Position numbers and translations under genes: made by a program. From an uncultured delta proteobacterium (GTDB taxonomy: Bacteria > Desulfobacterota > Syntrophobacteria > Syntrophobacterales > Syntrophobacteraceae), in the NCBI GenBank assembly GCA_963808625.1, contig CAWEHK010000039.1, positions 1 through 64,000 on the forward strand: a DNA stretch of 64,000 nucleotides. The letters are read 5' to 3'. Shown piece after piece: positions 18,683 to 30,715 of this stretch. Each line of letters begins with the position of its first letter. The stretch's first letter is position 1. The notes under the pieces were generated by a model. That model searched no databases. It had not been told where the DNA came from and saw only the letters and a list, made by a program, of their open reading frames with translations.

Positions 18683-20131
18683 TTAATCTCTTACCTTCTC
18701 ATCCACCAAAGCGCCACTGGCATCAAACACCTGGATTTGCATGGGCATCTGGCCAACGGCGTGCGTGGAACAGCTCAGGCAGGGATCATAGAGCCGAATC
18801 CCGTGCTCGACGCGGTTGCACAACCCTTCGGTGATCTTGTTGCCACTCATGTAGGCCTTGGCGATCTGGGTGACGGTCTTGTTCATGGCCAGGTTGTTGT
18901 TGCCCGTGGCCACCAGGAGGTTGACATCGGTCAGGATGCCATCGTCATCCACATGGTATTCATGGAAAAGCGTGCCGCGAGGCGCTTCCATAATGCCGAC
19001 GCCGCGCAGTTCGTTCACGCCACCCTGACTGCGAAGATGCGAATCACAGATCTGCGGATCATCAACGAGTTCCTGAATTCTCTCGAGGGAGAAGAGGAGC
19101 TCGATGAGCCGTGCATAGTGGGCATGGAAGCTGCTGCTGACCGGCTTGCCGTCCTTGCCCAAGCGGCGGAAGTTGCGGAGCTCGCGCTCGGCTCGCGGCG
19201 TTCCGGCATAATCACAGATGTTCAACCGAGCAATCGGACCCACGCGGTACAATCCCGGAACGGAACCGTTGCCATTCCCATACCCAAGCGGCTTGTAGTA
19301 GGGGAACTTCAAGTAGCTCCAGGGCTCCACCGCTTCCGCAATGATCTCGGTCCAGCGGTCATTGTCGAGGCCCTTCTCGATGATCCGGCCATCGGCATCC
19401 ATCACGCGGAGCAGGCCGTCGTAATGCTCGAGGCCGCCGTCCGGCGTGACCAGGCCGATGAACAGGCTGGGAAAGTCGCCGTAAGTCTCTACTTCACGGG
19501 TAAAGCTGCCGTAGTTGTCCTTCAGCCAGTTGAGAGCGATTTCCGTCGTCTCAAAGGCTTCGGGCAAGCGGGCTTTGATTTCGTCCATCTGGGACGGAAG
19601 GAGGCAGGTCCGCACGCCACCCGGGACCGCCCAGGCGGGATGCACACTCTTGCCCGTAACCATCCGGATGATGTCCTGGCCAAACTGGCGCAGGCGGATC
19701 GCTTTGCGCCCCAACTCAGGATTGGCCAGAATCAAGCCAACCACATTCCGGAGGGCCGGGTCACTTTCCATGCCCAGAATCAAATCCGGTGCACTCAGAT
19801 GGAAGAAGCTCAAGGCATGACTCTGAGTGTACTGGGCATGGTTGATGAGCCGCCGCAGTTTCTGTGCCGCCACGGGAACCTTGGTCCCCTGGATGGCATC
19901 ACATGCTTTGGCTGAAGCCAGCATGTGGCTGACCGGGCAGATGCCGCAGATGCGCATGGTAATGCCCGGCATTTCAGGGAAAGTACGCCCCACACAGAAT
20001 TTCTCGAAGCCACGGAACTCCACGACGTGGAATTTGACGTCGTTCACCTGGCCCGCGTCATCGAGCTGAACTGTGATCTTGGCGTGTCCTTCAATACGAG
20101 TGACTGGTTCAATGTGAATAGTCTGTGCCAT
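18683..20131 (-). CDS. hoxH: [NiFe] hydrogenase large subunit, bidirectional group 3d type
   Basis: TRIEGH, L1 [10 protein letters not shown] and L2 DPCLSCSTH followed by a cleavable C-terminal tail. Confidence 0.95.
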   Translation of the reverse strand: MAQTIHIEPVTRIEGHAKITVQLDDAGQVNDVKFHVVEFRGFEKFCVGRTFPEMPGITMRICGICPVSHMLASAKACDAIQGTKVPVAAQKLRRLINHAQYTQSHALSFFHLSAPDLILGMESDPALRNVVGLILANPELGRKAIRLRQFGQDIIRMVTGKSVHPAWAVPGGVRTCLLPSQMDEIKARLPEAFETTEIALNWLKDNYGSFTREVETYGDFPSLFIGLVTPDGGLEHYDGLLRVMDADGRIIEKGLDNDRWTEIIAEAVEPWSYLKFPYYKPLGYGNGNGSVPGLYRVGPIARLNICDYAGTPRAERELRNFRRLGKDGKPVSSSFHAHYARLIELLFSLERIQELVDDPQICDSHLRSQGGVNELRGVGIMEAPRGTLFHEYHVDDDGILTDVNLLVATGNNNLAMNKTVTQIAKAYMSGNKITEGLCNRVEHGIRLYDPCLSCSTHAVGQMPMQIQVFDASGALVDEKVRD

Positions 20132-20216
20132 ACTCGTCCTTCTTCACAAACAGATTACAGGTTTGCAACCGACCGGATGAGAAGTTCATCCGACCAACGA
20201 ACCCAATTTTGACCAA

Positions 20217-20759
20217 TTATCCAAAGCTGCGCATCTCGGGAGGCAAATTCAAGGGCTCGCCCTTGAGCAGCGTTACGAGTGCCGTCCAAATTCTCTCTGG
20301 ATCAGGAGGACATCCCGGCAAGTAGAGGTCGACCGGAATGACCTGATGCAACGGCAGAACTTTGTCCAGAAGCACCGGCATGACCTCGATGTCACCTGGA
20401 GGAGCCGCCCCGGGACCCGCCGAATAGACTTCCGCAATCGTATTCCTGACATCCAGTGGGTTACGCATGCTCGGCACGTTCCCGGTGACAGCACAGTCAC
20501 CAAAGCTGATCACCACTTTGCTTTTCGCGCGAAGGTCTTTGGCTTCCTTGACGTTGTCGCTGTTGCACACGGCGCCTTCGACAAGGCATACATCCACATT
20601 TTCCGGGAACTTCTTGATGTCGGCAACCGGGCTGTAAACGATGTCTACCAGACCTACGGCATCAATCAGCCGTTCATCGATGTCAAGAAAGCTCATATGG
20701 CAGCCGGCGCATCCGCCAAACCAAACGGTAGCCAACCGAACTTTGTTGTTTGTCGTCAT
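20217..20759 (-). CDS. hoxY: [NiFe] hydrogenase small subunit
   Basis: [20 protein letters not shown] and PGCPP motifs; 180 aa. Confidence 0.92.
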   Translation of the reverse strand: MTTNNKVRLATVWFGGCAGCHMSFLDIDERLIDAVGLVDIVYSPVADIKKFPENVDVCLVEGAVCNSDNVKEAKDLRAKSKVVISFGDCAVTGNVPSMRNPLDVRNTIAEVYSAGPGAAPPGDIEVMPVLLDKVLPLHQVIPVDLYLPGCPPDPERIWTALVTLLKGEPLNLPPEMRSFG

Positions 20760-20774
20760 GTCGTGACTCTCCTT

Positions 20775-21503
20775 TTATCTGGCCCAGTGCCAAATCTTTC
20801 TTGTCTCGGCCGTCCAGAATCCAGATCAGGAAATCCTGCTGCTTCTGCATCTCGGAGACCGTAGCGCCCTTCTTGAAAAGCGCACCCGTAGGACAGACCT
20901 GGACACACTTGCCGCAACAGGTGCAGCTTTTGCGCCTGGCCCCAGGACTGATTCATGCCGGTGATGACATTGCACTGAGCGCCGCGACCCATCATATCGA
21001 GACAGTGAGCGCCTTCAACTTCATCACAGACGCGAATACACCGAGCACACAAAATACAACGGTTGGGGTCTCTTACATTGCGTTCATGGCAGGCGTCCAT
21101 GGGGAGGACTTGGACATATATAGTCGTAGCGTACATGATCCACACCCAGTTTCGCCGCCATGCCCTGCAACTCGCACTGGCCGTTCATAACACAAGCGGC
21201 ACAGATGTGGTTGCGCTCCGCAAGGAGCAGCTCAACCATCATCTTGCGGTATTTTTGCAGGCGTTCCGTTTGCGTCATAACAACCATCCCCTCCTGCACC
21301 TGGGTGACACAGGCGGCCATCAGCTTGGGATTGCCTTTCACTTCAATCAGGCAAAGCCGGCAACCGCCCCGATCGGTGAGACCGTCCAGGCAACAAAGGG
21401 TGGGAATATCGATTCCTGCATCCTTAGCCGCGGCCAATACACTCTTCGTTGGTTGAGCGCTGACCATTTTATCGTCAATGGTAAGAGTGACAACCTCTGA
21501 CAT
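20775..21503 (-). CDS. hoxU: Diaphorase small subunit; several frameshifts
   Basis: [27 protein letters not shown] and [19 protein letters not shown] in successive frames. Confidence 0.85.
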
Positions 21504-21566
21504 TATAATACCTCCGTTGGAGACATAAACAATGTATTGGCTGAGACAACACCTCATTCAGCCCGA

Positions 21567-23230
21567 TTATGGTTTTTTCGAAAACGTACAGATCCCAGCC
21601 GGACAATGATGATCCATGATGTGCGCCTCATACTCATCGCGGAAGTAGCGGAGCGTACTGTAGATGGGGTTGGGAGCAGGTCTGTCCCAGACCACACAGG
21701 CTGGCTTCCTTCACCATGAGGCACAGTTCCTCGAGCCTTCGGGATGGTGCCTTTGTCCGCCGTACCGTCGGTGATCTTCTCCAGCATGCGAAGCATCTGG
21801 ACCGTGCCGCCCCGGCAGGGACCGCACTTGCCGCAGCTCTCATCCATGCAGAATTCCATGAAGAACTTGGCCACATCCGGGATGCAGCTGGTCTCATCCA
21901 TAACGATCAAACCACCGGAGCCCATGATCGACCCAAGCTTTGCCAGGCTTTCATAATCAATGGGAACATCCAGGAACTCCGCCGGAATACAACCACCACT
22001 GGGACCACCGGTCTGGGCCGCCTTGAAGGCCTTGCCGCCGGGAATGCCCGCCGCCGATGTCGTACACGATCTCGCGCAGGGTGATGCCGATTGGGAACTT
22101 CGATCAGGCCGGTGTTGTTAACCTTGCCGGCCAGAGCGAAAGATCTTCGATCCCTTGGTAGTTTCCGTACCGTAGCTGGCATACCAGGCCGCGCCCTTGT
22201 TGATGATCGCAGCGATGTTGCCAAAGGTTTCCACGTTATTGAGCAGGGTCGGACTCTGCCACAATCCTTTGTGAGCCGGGTAAGGCGGGCGTGGCATAGG
22301 CTGACCGCGACGGCCCATGACCGACTGCATCAGAGCGGTTTCCTCACCGCACACAAAAGCGCCGGCGCCCATCCGGATGTCGATGCGGAAATTGAAGGGG
22401 CTGTCGAGGACGCGGTTGCCCAATAAACCTTTGCGCTCGGCCTGTCTGATGGCTTTCTCAAGCCGTTTTCCCGCCAGAGGATATTCACCGCGCACATAAA
22501 TATAGCCTTGTTCGGCGCCGACCGCGTAGCCTGCAATGGCCATGCCCTCGAGGACGCGATGCGGGTCGGATTCCATCAACGTACGGTCCATGTAGGCGCC
22601 CGGGTCACCTTCATCACCATTGGCGACAACGTACTTCCTTTCGCCAGAGGCTTTGCGGACCATGTCCCACTTCAGGCCACTGGGAAAACCTGCCCCCCCG
22701 CGACCGCGCAGCCCGCTCTTGGTGATTTCCTGACAAACCTCTTCCGGGCTCATTTCGCGCAGGGCGTGGGCCAATGCCGCATAGCCCCCACGGGCCACGT
22801 AGGGCTCCAGTTTTTCGGGATCGATCACGCCGCTGTCGGCAAGAACGATTTGCATTTGCTTGGTGAAAAAGGGAATGTCGCTGGGAAGGATGTTCTTGTC
22901 CAGCGCCGGGACACTGGCCGCTTTAAAGTGCTTGTCAACAAGGCTCGGGGCCATGTCAGGGCTGACGTTTTCGTAAATAACGTCTGCTTTTCCTTCCGCC
23001 TTTATCGTAATCAGAGGGCCGCGGCTGCAAGGACCCAGGCAACCGGTGGCAACGGTCTCCACCTCAGCTTCCAACTGACCAGCTTTAAGTGCCTCTACCA
23101 GTGCTTCTTGCACAGCGGTCGCGCCGGAAGAGATACACGGAGTACTCATGCAAACGAGAATTCGGCAGCGGAATTTCTGCTGCTGGTCCAGTTCAGCCTG
23201 GGCCATTTCTTGAAGTTCTTCTCGGTTCAT
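21567..23230 (-). CDS. hoxF: Diaphorase large (NADH/FMN) subunit; several frameshifts between ~22140 and 21600
   Basis: [34 protein letters not shown] and [10 protein letters not shown] motifs; no C-terminal ferredoxin domain. Confidence 0.88.
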
Positions 23231-23397
23231 AACGCTGTTTTCTCCTCACATTCTAACGTTTCCAGTGGATTTGGGCTCGCACAATAGCGCCTTTTCGCCA
23301 TTCGCATCATCAGTTCCATTCGAAGCCGAGCCATGCAGGCCAAATCACATGCTCGACAACCTCTCGGGTCGAGATCCGGAGAATGGCGGGATCACAC

Positions 23398-23927
23398 TAG
23401 CCGCCATTGCCACCAGCAATCACCTCACGCACTTTTGCCAAAGTCCCCTCTGGAGTCTCTTTACCGATGCACAACTTGATCCAGAACGACCACCGGCGCC
23501 AGGCCACAACAACCCAAACAACGGGTGGCGATCAGGGTCAGTTTTTCGTCCGCAGTCGTCGAACCGGCCTTTAACGCTGTAGGCTTCCTCAACACTGGCG
23601 ATGATATCAGCGGCCTTGCCAACGTAGCAGGCGGTCCCCATGACACACGATGCAGCTGTGCTCGCCCTGTGGCTTCAGGGAGAAGAAGTGATAAAAGGTT
23701 GCGACTCCATAGACCCAGCTAAACGGCAGCTTCAGCTGCCGGGCGATATAGACCATGCTCTCTTCAGTCAGGTAGCCAAAGGCTTCCTGCGCCGCCGTGA
23801 GCACTTCTATAAGCGCATCCTGTTGATATTGTTGACGTTTTAAGACACGATCAATTCCCTTGTAACGGGGATCTCCCATGGGATGCTCTTTTTCGGCACC
23901 CTTTGTTTTTGGACTGGTCTCAGGCAT
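23398..23927 (-). CDS. hoxE: NuoE-like [2Fe-2S] subunit; several frameshifts
   Basis: [21 protein letters not shown] and [10 protein letters not shown] across frames. Confidence 0.85.
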
Positions 23928-24551
23928 GCTAGTTTCCTCCGTATTACCAGCGCTGTCGATTTAAACAGAAATTACGGTTACTGAGCAGAAGTTTGATCAG
24001 ATCCTCCCACGAACACCAGTAGATTTGTACCATGCTTCCAACAAGTAACTTCACTGCGGATGGGTTTGAACATTGACCTCGTGTATTCTCTCGCGCACAC
24101 CTCCTCGAGCTTAAAAGGAACGTCGAAAAATCACCCGTGAACCATACTACGGGTGCAACCCGGCAGAGTTCGCCTCTCTACCTGGAAAACCTCCATTATG
24201 AGCTTCTACAGTGACGTCGAACTCTATCTGGAGTGCCGAAAACTGTCAAGAGAATTTTTTAACAAAGTATCGTTGTTGGATTTTGGAGCAGCCGCTAAAA
24301 TAAAGGATCATCCGTCGTGGAGGAATGCTCTTCACCGGCGTGCTCGTGAAGGTGAAATCTTTCTCTTCCCTCGCAAGCTCGCACCCCCCCATTGGAGACT
24401 GTCGCGAGGATTGACGATCTCGGATTATTTCACGCGTCATGGCGGTTCGCGGTAATCACCACGACGGTGCTTTTTCGACCTTTTTGGAAACCCTCTTACG
24501 CATTCTCTGCGGGCATGCCCAGACCGCCCCGCAACCGATCCTTCCGCAACA

Positions 24552-27272
24552 CTACGCTATCTTTTCAACCTTCACGGCACAGACCTTGTACTCGGGGATC
24601 TTGGCGACAGGATCCAGGGCGGCGATGGTCAAACGATTGACCGCAGCCTCGTTAAAATGGAACGGAATAAAAACCGTCCCCACATCGGCAACATTGCCGA
24701 CGGCTGCCTTCGCCTCGATTACCCCGCGACGTGACCTCACCCGGACCTTTTCGCCGTCGCGGATATGCAACCTGGCGGCGTCTTCCGTACTGATCTCGAT
24801 CAGGCACTCGGGACAGCGCTCGTTGAGCCCCACCGACCGGCGGGTCATGGTGCCCGTATGGTACTGGTAGAGTACCCGTCCCGTAGTAAGGAGAAATGGA
24901 TACTCGGTATCCGTGGGTTCCGCCGGCGGAATCCACTCGATCGCGTGGAACAGTCCCTTGCCGCGAACGAATCGGTCTTTGTGCAGGAACTTTGTTCCCG
25001 GGTGTTCCTTGGTGGGACAGGGCCATTGGATGCCCCCCTTTGCCAATCGCTCGTAGTCCATGCCGGCATAAGATGGGGTTACCATGCCAATCTCGGTGAA
25101 GATCGCCTCGGCGTTGGAATATTCCATCGCGTAGCCCATGCGCGTGGCCAGGGCACAGATGATCTCCCAATCGGTGCGGACGTCTCCGGGCGGTTCGACG
25201 GCCTTTCGTACCGTCTGCACGCGGCGTTCGGTATTGCTGAAGGTCCCGTCTTTTTCGGCAAAGCAGGAGACCGGTAATACCACGTCGGCAAGCTTCGCGG
25301 TTTCGGTCAGGAAGATGTCCTGCACAACCAGGAAATCGAGCGCTTTGAGCGCCTCTTCGACATGGTGCAGGTCGGGGTCGCTCATCATCGGGTTCTCGCC
25401 CATGACATAAAGGGCCTTAATCTGACCCTCGAGCGCGGCGTTCAAGACCTCGACAATGGTCAATCCAACATTGCCGGGGAGGGCATCGACTCCCCAGGCA
25501 CGGGAGAACTTTTCCCTTGCCTCCGGGGAGGTCACCGGCTGGTATGCGGGGAAAACATTCGGCAGGCAGCCCATGTCGCAGGCCCCCTGCACGTTGTTCT
25601 GTCCGCGCAGAGGGTTCACCCCCCCGGACGCGATGCCGACGTTCCCGCAGAGCATGGCCAGGTTGGCGATGCTCTTCACGCCGTCGGTCCCGGTGATGTG
25701 CTGGGTCACCCCCATGGCGTAGACGATGGCGGCAGCGGGGGCTTTGGCGTAAAGCCTGGCGGCGGCAATGAGGTCCTCTTGGGGAATTCCGGAAATCTTT
25801 TCCACCTTCTCGGGAGTGTATGCCGATACGACCTTTTTGAGCTCTTCAAAACCTTCGGTGCGTTCGGCCACGTAATCCTTCGCATAGAGGCCCTCGTTAA
25901 TGATCACGTTCATCATCCCATTGAGCCATGCCACGTCGCTTCCGGGCTTCATCCGAAGCCACATTTCGGCATGGTCGACCATCTCGAGCCTTCGCGGATC
26001 GACCACGATGATCTTCGTCTTTCCCTTTCTCACCGCCCGCTTCATGTACGAGCCAATGACCGGATGCATCTCGGTGGTGTTCGACCCGGTGAGCAGGATG
26101 ACGTCGGCATTTTCCAGCTCTTCAATGGAATTGGTCATGGCGCCACTTCCAAAGGCGGCGGCCAGCCCGGCCACCGTCGAGGAGTGTCAGAGACGGGCGC
26201 AGTGATCGATATTGTTGGTTCCGATCACCGCGCGGGCAAACTTGTTCAAAAGGTAATTTTCTTCATTGGTGGCGCGGGCCGAAGAGAAGAGGGCGATGGC
26301 GTCGGGCCCGGATTTGGCCTTGATCGTTTCGAGACGTTTGGCCACCAGGTCCAGGGCCTCATCCCAAGATGCTTCCCGGAAAATGCCGCCGTTTTCGGCA
26401 ATCAGAGGAGTCGTGAGGCGGTCGGGATGGTTGATGAAATCGCAGCCGAACCTTCCTTTGACGCACAGACTGCCCTTGTTTGGTCCGGGGATATTCTCGC
26501 TCGAGGTGACCTTGACCACCTGGTTGTCTTTAACGTTCAGTTCAAGCTGGCATCCCACACCACAGTAAGGACACGTGGTCACCGTCTTGGTGAGCTCCCA
26601 GGGGCGCCCCTTGAACCGGGCCTGCTTGTAAGTCAGCGCCCCGGTAGGGCAGACCGTTACGCACTCGCCACAGAATACGCAATTGGATTCTTTGAGCGGC
26701 GTATGGTTGAAGGTAGTGATAAAGGAATCGGAACCACGCGCGGCCACATCGAGCACCCCGTTTACCTGGACTTCCAGACATCCTCGCACGCATCGCCCGC
26801 AAAGCACGCACTTGTTTTGGTCACGGGTGATCATGGCGTTCGATTCATCCTTGGGCCGCGGCTTGAACTCCGACTTGATGCGCATTTGATCGATGCCGTG
26901 CTCATAGACCAGGTCCTGCAGTTCGCAATTCCCCGTCTGTTCACACAGCAGGCAGTTGTGGTCGCCGTAGGCGAGCAGCAGTTCGAGGACCGTCTTGCGG
27001 ACTTGCACCACCTTTTCGCTGTGCGTGTTTACGATCATGCCGTCGGTGGCCGGCGTGGTGCAGGAGGGGGGCAGACCGCGCATGTTCTCGATCTCGACGA
27101 TACATAGACGGCATCCACCGTAAGCGGGCATCTTGGGGTGGTAGCACAGGGTGGGGACAGGGATGCCGCTATTCCTGAAGACTTCGAGCACCGTCTGCCC
27201 TCGCCTCCCCTGGATTTTCTTCCCTAGAAAATCCTTTCCATTTACCGTTAAGTTAATGATATCTTTATCCAT
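24552..27272 (-). CDS. fdhF: Selenocysteine-containing formate dehydrogenase alpha subunit (NuoG-like Fe-S N-terminus plus Mo/W-bisPGD domain), 906 aa
   Basis: ORFs 26187-27272 and 24552-26174 are in one frame, joined by TGA in DHCARL-U-HSSTVAGL. Also CPYCGVGC and LRGQNNVQGACDMG. Confidence 0.95.
26156..26176 (-). promoter_or_regulatory. Bacterial SECIS hairpin
   Basis: CGGUGGCC-GGGCU-GGCCGCCG starting 11 nt after the UGA at 26189-26187. Confidence 0.8.
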
Positions 27273-27331
27273 TGATCCCCTCTCATCACCTCTTTATGGT
27301 TGCGATGGTCCGTTGGATAGACTCCGCTTCT

Positions 27332-29140
27332 TCAGTCAATGGCATTGAACCGGCACGCCAGGATGCAGGATCGGCACTTGATGCATTTCTCGAATTCAAT
27401 GCTCGCCGGCTCCTTCTTCTTCCAGCTGACCGCATTCGTCGGGCACACCTTGGAGCAGCTCCCGCACTTGGTGCACTTCTCTTCGTTTACCTGGAACTTG
27501 ATGAGATCCACGCAGACCCGTGCCGGACATTCTCCCCGCAGGATGTGAGCCTCGTACTCGTCCCGGTAGTAACGGATGGTCGAGAGCACCGGGTTGGGGG
27601 CCGTCTGCCCCAAACCGCACAAAGACCCCGCCTTGACGTCTTGAGCCAGCACTTGAAGCTGGTCCAGGTCCTCGATGGTGGCCTTCCCTTTCGAGATGTT
27701 CGTCAGGGTCTCGAGCATGTTCTTGGTTCCCAGGCGACAGGGCACGCACTTCCCGCACGATTCCTTCTGGGTAAAACCGAGGAAAAACTTTGCCATATCC
27801 ACCATGCACGTGGTCTCATCGGTGACGATAAGTCCCCCCGAACCCATGATCGAACCCACTTCCGTCAGGTGCTCATAGTCCATCGGAATGTCGAAATGGG
27901 CCGCCGGAATGCAGCCTCCCGAAGGGCCTCCCGTCTGCGCGGCCTTGAACTTGCGCTTGTTGGGAATGCCGCCCCCGATATCATCGATGATCGTCCTAAG
28001 TGGCGTCCCCATGGGGATCTCCACCAGACCGCTGCGCGTGATCTTGCCGGCCAGGCAAAACACCTTCGTCCCCTTGCTCTTCTCCGTCCCGACTCCGGCA
28101 AACCAATCACCACCCTTGTCCAGGATCACCGGCAGGTTGGCAAAGGTTTCCACGTTGTTGATATTGGTCGGTTTGCCGAAGAGCCCCTTGATCGCCGGAA
28201 AGGGCGGCCGGGGGTTGGGCATCCCTCGTCGGCCCTCGATCGAGGCCATCAACGCCGTTTCCTCACCGCACACAAACGCCCCCGCGCCCAGTTTCACCTT
28301 GATCTCAAGGTCAAAGCCCGAGCCAAAAATGTTCTTGCCCAGATAGCCGCGCTCGGTAGCCTGCTTGATGGCGATGAGAACGCGCTCGTAAGCCATCGGA
28401 TATTCCGCCCGCACATAGACGTAGGCATTGGTCGCCCCGATAGCGTACCCGGCAATCATCATCCCCTCGAGCACACTGTGGGGATCGCCCTCGAGCACGG
28501 CGCGGTCCATGAAGGCTCCCGGATCGCCTTCGTCGGCGTTGCAGATGAGATATTTCTGGTCCCCCGGCGACTTGTGGCAGAATTCCCACTTCATCCCCGT
28601 TGGAAACCCTCCGCCCCCGCGACCTCGAACCCCGGACTTCTTCACCTCATTGATGACATCCATCCGGGTCATCTTGAAGGCCTTCTGAATCGCCTGATAG
28701 CCGCCTATCTCGAGGTAGTTGTCGATGTCCTCGGGGTTGATGAAACCACAGTTGCGCAACACAATCCGCCGTTGCGGTTCGAAAAAGTCCATGTCCTTGT
28801 AGCTCAAAATCTTCTTCTTGCCCTTGGGATCCAGGAAGATCAGCCGGTCGACCACGACCCCCTTGACCAGGTCGCTGTCAATGATCTCCGGCACGTCCTC
28901 GGGCGTGACGTTGCAGTAGAAGGTCCCCGCCGGCTCGATGATGATCGTCGGGCCCATTTGGCACAGACCATGGCAACCCGTAAACTTCACTTCCGTTTTG
29001 TCAGCTAGACCGGCCTTCTTCACCTCGTCAAGAAGAGCGAAATAAATCACATCCGCCTTCTGCGACTCGCACCCGGTCCCTCGGCAAACAAGGAGCTGAC
29101 GATCCTTTCCCGGTTGAATCCTAATCGCCTCTGTTTGCAT
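27332..29140 (-). CDS. NuoF/HydB-like NADH-binding subunit of the FDH complex with C-terminal 2x[4Fe-4S]
   Basis: N-terminal thioredoxin-like [2Fe-2S] Cys, NADEGDPGAFMDR, GGPSGG, SCGKCVPCR and two CxxCxxCxxxC motifs. Confidence 0.92.
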   Translation of the reverse strand: MQTEAIRIQPGKDRQLLVCRGTGCESQKADVIYFALLDEVKKAGLADKTEVKFTGCHGLCQMGPTIIIEPAGTFYCNVTPEDVPEIIDSDLVKGVVVDRLIFLDPKGKKKILSYKDMDFFEPQRRIVLRNCGFINPEDIDNYLEIGGYQAIQKAFKMTRMDVINEVKKSGVRGRGGGGFPTGMKWEFCHKSPGDQKYLICNADEGDPGAFMDRAVLEGDPHSVLEGMMIAGYAIGATNAYVYVRAEYPMAYERVLIAIKQATERGYLGKNIFGSGFDLEIKVKLGAGAFVCGEETALMASIEGRRGMPNPRPPFPAIKGLFGKPTNINNVETFANLPVILDKGGDWFAGVGTEKSKGTKVFCLAGKITRSGLVEIPMGTPLRTIIDDIGGGIPNKRKFKAAQTGGPSGGCIPAAHFDIPMDYEHLTEVGSIMGSGGLIVTDETTCMVDMAKFFLGFTQKESCGKCVPCRLGTKNMLETLTNISKGKATIEDLDQLQVLAQDVKAGSLCGLGQTAPNPVLSTIRYYRDEYEAHILRGECPARVCVDLIKFQVNEEKCTKCGSCSKVCPTNAVSWKKKEPASIEFEKCIKCRSCILACRFNAID

Positions 29141-29576
29141 TCAGAATCTCCGTCACCCGTTCGGCCTTCATTCTGCCGTATGTGTTCTTGTTGACCACCA
29201 TGGCCGGTGCCAGCGCGCAGGCGCCGATGCACGCCACCGTCTCCAAAGTGAATACGCCGTCTTTGGTGGTCTCCCCCGCGGGAACCCCCAGCTGCGTCTG
29301 AACCTCCTCCAGCACGCGACCACCACCCATGACATGGCAGGCTGTCCCCTGGCAGACCATCACCACGTTCCTGCCCATCGGGCTGAATTTGAACTGTGCG
29401 TAAAAGGTCGCCACTCCATAGACCTCCACGGGATCCATACGGCAGAACTTGCCCGCCGCCGTCATCGCTTCCGGCGGCAGGTAGCCAAATGCCCCCTGGA
29501 TGTCTTGAAGGATCGGGATCAGCGCATCGCGCTTGCGATAGTGCCGGGAAAAGATCTCCTGCAATTTCTCCTGCAT
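29121..29576 (-). CDS. NuoE/HydC-like [2Fe-2S] subunit of the FDH complex
   Basis: GVATFYAQF, CQGTAC and CIGACALAP motifs. Confidence 0.92.
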   Translation of the reverse strand: MQEKLQEIFSRHYRKRDALIPILQDIQGAFGYLPPEAMTAAGKFCRMDPVEVYGVATFYAQFKFSPMGRNVVMVCQGTACHVMGGGRVLEEVQTQLGVPAGETTKDGVFTLETVACIGACALAPAMVVNKNTYGRMKAERVTEILNANRGD

Positions 29577-30013
29577 CGCTTACTTCCTCCCAATGCCGAG
29601 CCGGGTAGCGGACCGGCAATTACGTTTTGAATGAACCTTCTTTGTAAGTTGCTGATGGCATTTACAAAGGGGTAAAAGAAGAACAATACGCCTGAAAGGC
29701 TGCACCAAAAAGCTCTTGGAGCTATGGCCATGGGGTTCTTCCGGGATAAGATTGTACCCTATTGGGAGGCCTTTCGGAATTGCTTTAATGCGAGTGGAGA
29801 GCGATGCTCTGTTGTGGCCTGGCGTGGCCGCCTGTCGATCTGAAACAGGGGAGGTCTCTGACTGGAGTGACAGCCTCCTTCCCTCTGCTCAGCAATTCTC
29901 ATTTCGACTGACAGCTTTTTCCACATTCCCCTATATTCCCCTTCAAAGGGGGACTTTTCATAGGCAATTCCCCCCTTAGACCGCCCTGATTGAAGGGATG
30001 AAAACTCCTTCTT

Positions 30014-30301
30014 CTGAAGTTTCACAATGGATTCCCGACTGGCACAGCAACGTCCTTATCCCTACCTCGTTCATGGATTTGTTGACCTCGGACTCCATGC
30101 TGAGACGATGCTTCTCGATTTCCTTTTGAATAGAAAATGAATATGCGATATGCTTTTCATGGCGGTTCCTTTTTTCTTTGTGGTTGTGGTGACTTAGCAA
30201 AATCAACACTACCAGATGGGGAGCTGCCTTACCATCAAAAACCGTGAATTATTAATTGGTTGCCATCTCCTCTGGCGATCTCATGGTATGCGAAACTTCA
30301 G
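30014..30301 (-). mobile_element. Internally deleted IS4-like remnant (MITE-like, 288 bp)
   Basis: Terminal inverted repeats CTGAAGTTTCACA / TGCGAAACTTCAG (12/13). The interior encodes a transposase-N-terminus-like peptide (ESEVNKSMNEVGIRTLLCQSGIH) running directly into the IR. No target duplication seen. Confidence 0.6.
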
Positions 30302-30330
30302 TCAAGTTTTTTCGAACTGATGGGTAGACA

Positions 30331-30702
30331 ATGAAAATCCTTCTCGTCATCTTGGGCGGAAGCCTCGGGGCGCTCTCCCGGTACGGTGTTTCGGTGCTCG
30401 CTGCAAGCCTGTTTGGGAGCAAGTTTCCGTGGGGCACACTCATCGTCAATCTCTCGGGATGTTTTCTCATCGGCCTTTCCGTTGCTCTGGCCGAGCGAAC
30501 TAGTTTCATGAATCCTTCGGTGCGTCTTTTCTTCGTAACCGGGTACCTCGGGGCATTGACAACGTTTTCCACCTTTGCTCTGGAAACGGTTAACTCCATG
30601 CGTTCGGAAACACACTTCATAGCGGTGGCGAACTTTCTTTCCAACAATGTCCTTGGCGGCGCCCTGGTTTTTCTCGGCATGCGGGTGGGCAGACTGGGGT
30701 AG
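30331..30702 (+). CDS. crcB: Fluoride channel FluC/CrcB
   Basis: GGSLGALSRY, FPWGTLIVN and TGYLGALTTFSTF motifs. Confidence 0.95.
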   Translation: MKILLVILGGSLGALSRYGVSVLAASLFGSKFPWGTLIVNLSGCFLIGLSVALAERTSFMNPSVRLFFVTGYLGALTTFSTFALETVNSMRSETHFIAVANFLSNNVLGGALVFLGMRVGRLG

Positions 30703-30715
30703 GGAGGGATGATGG

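Noticed and set aside
18683..20131. [NiFeSe] hydrogenase
   Set aside because: Both metal-binding motifs use Cys (DPCLSC); no in-frame TGA.
29700..30330. Fluoride riboswitch upstream of crcB
   Set aside because: No GGnGAUGnnGUUCnCC...CUGAUGnCnnC pattern found on the plus strand; the region is occupied by an IS remnant.
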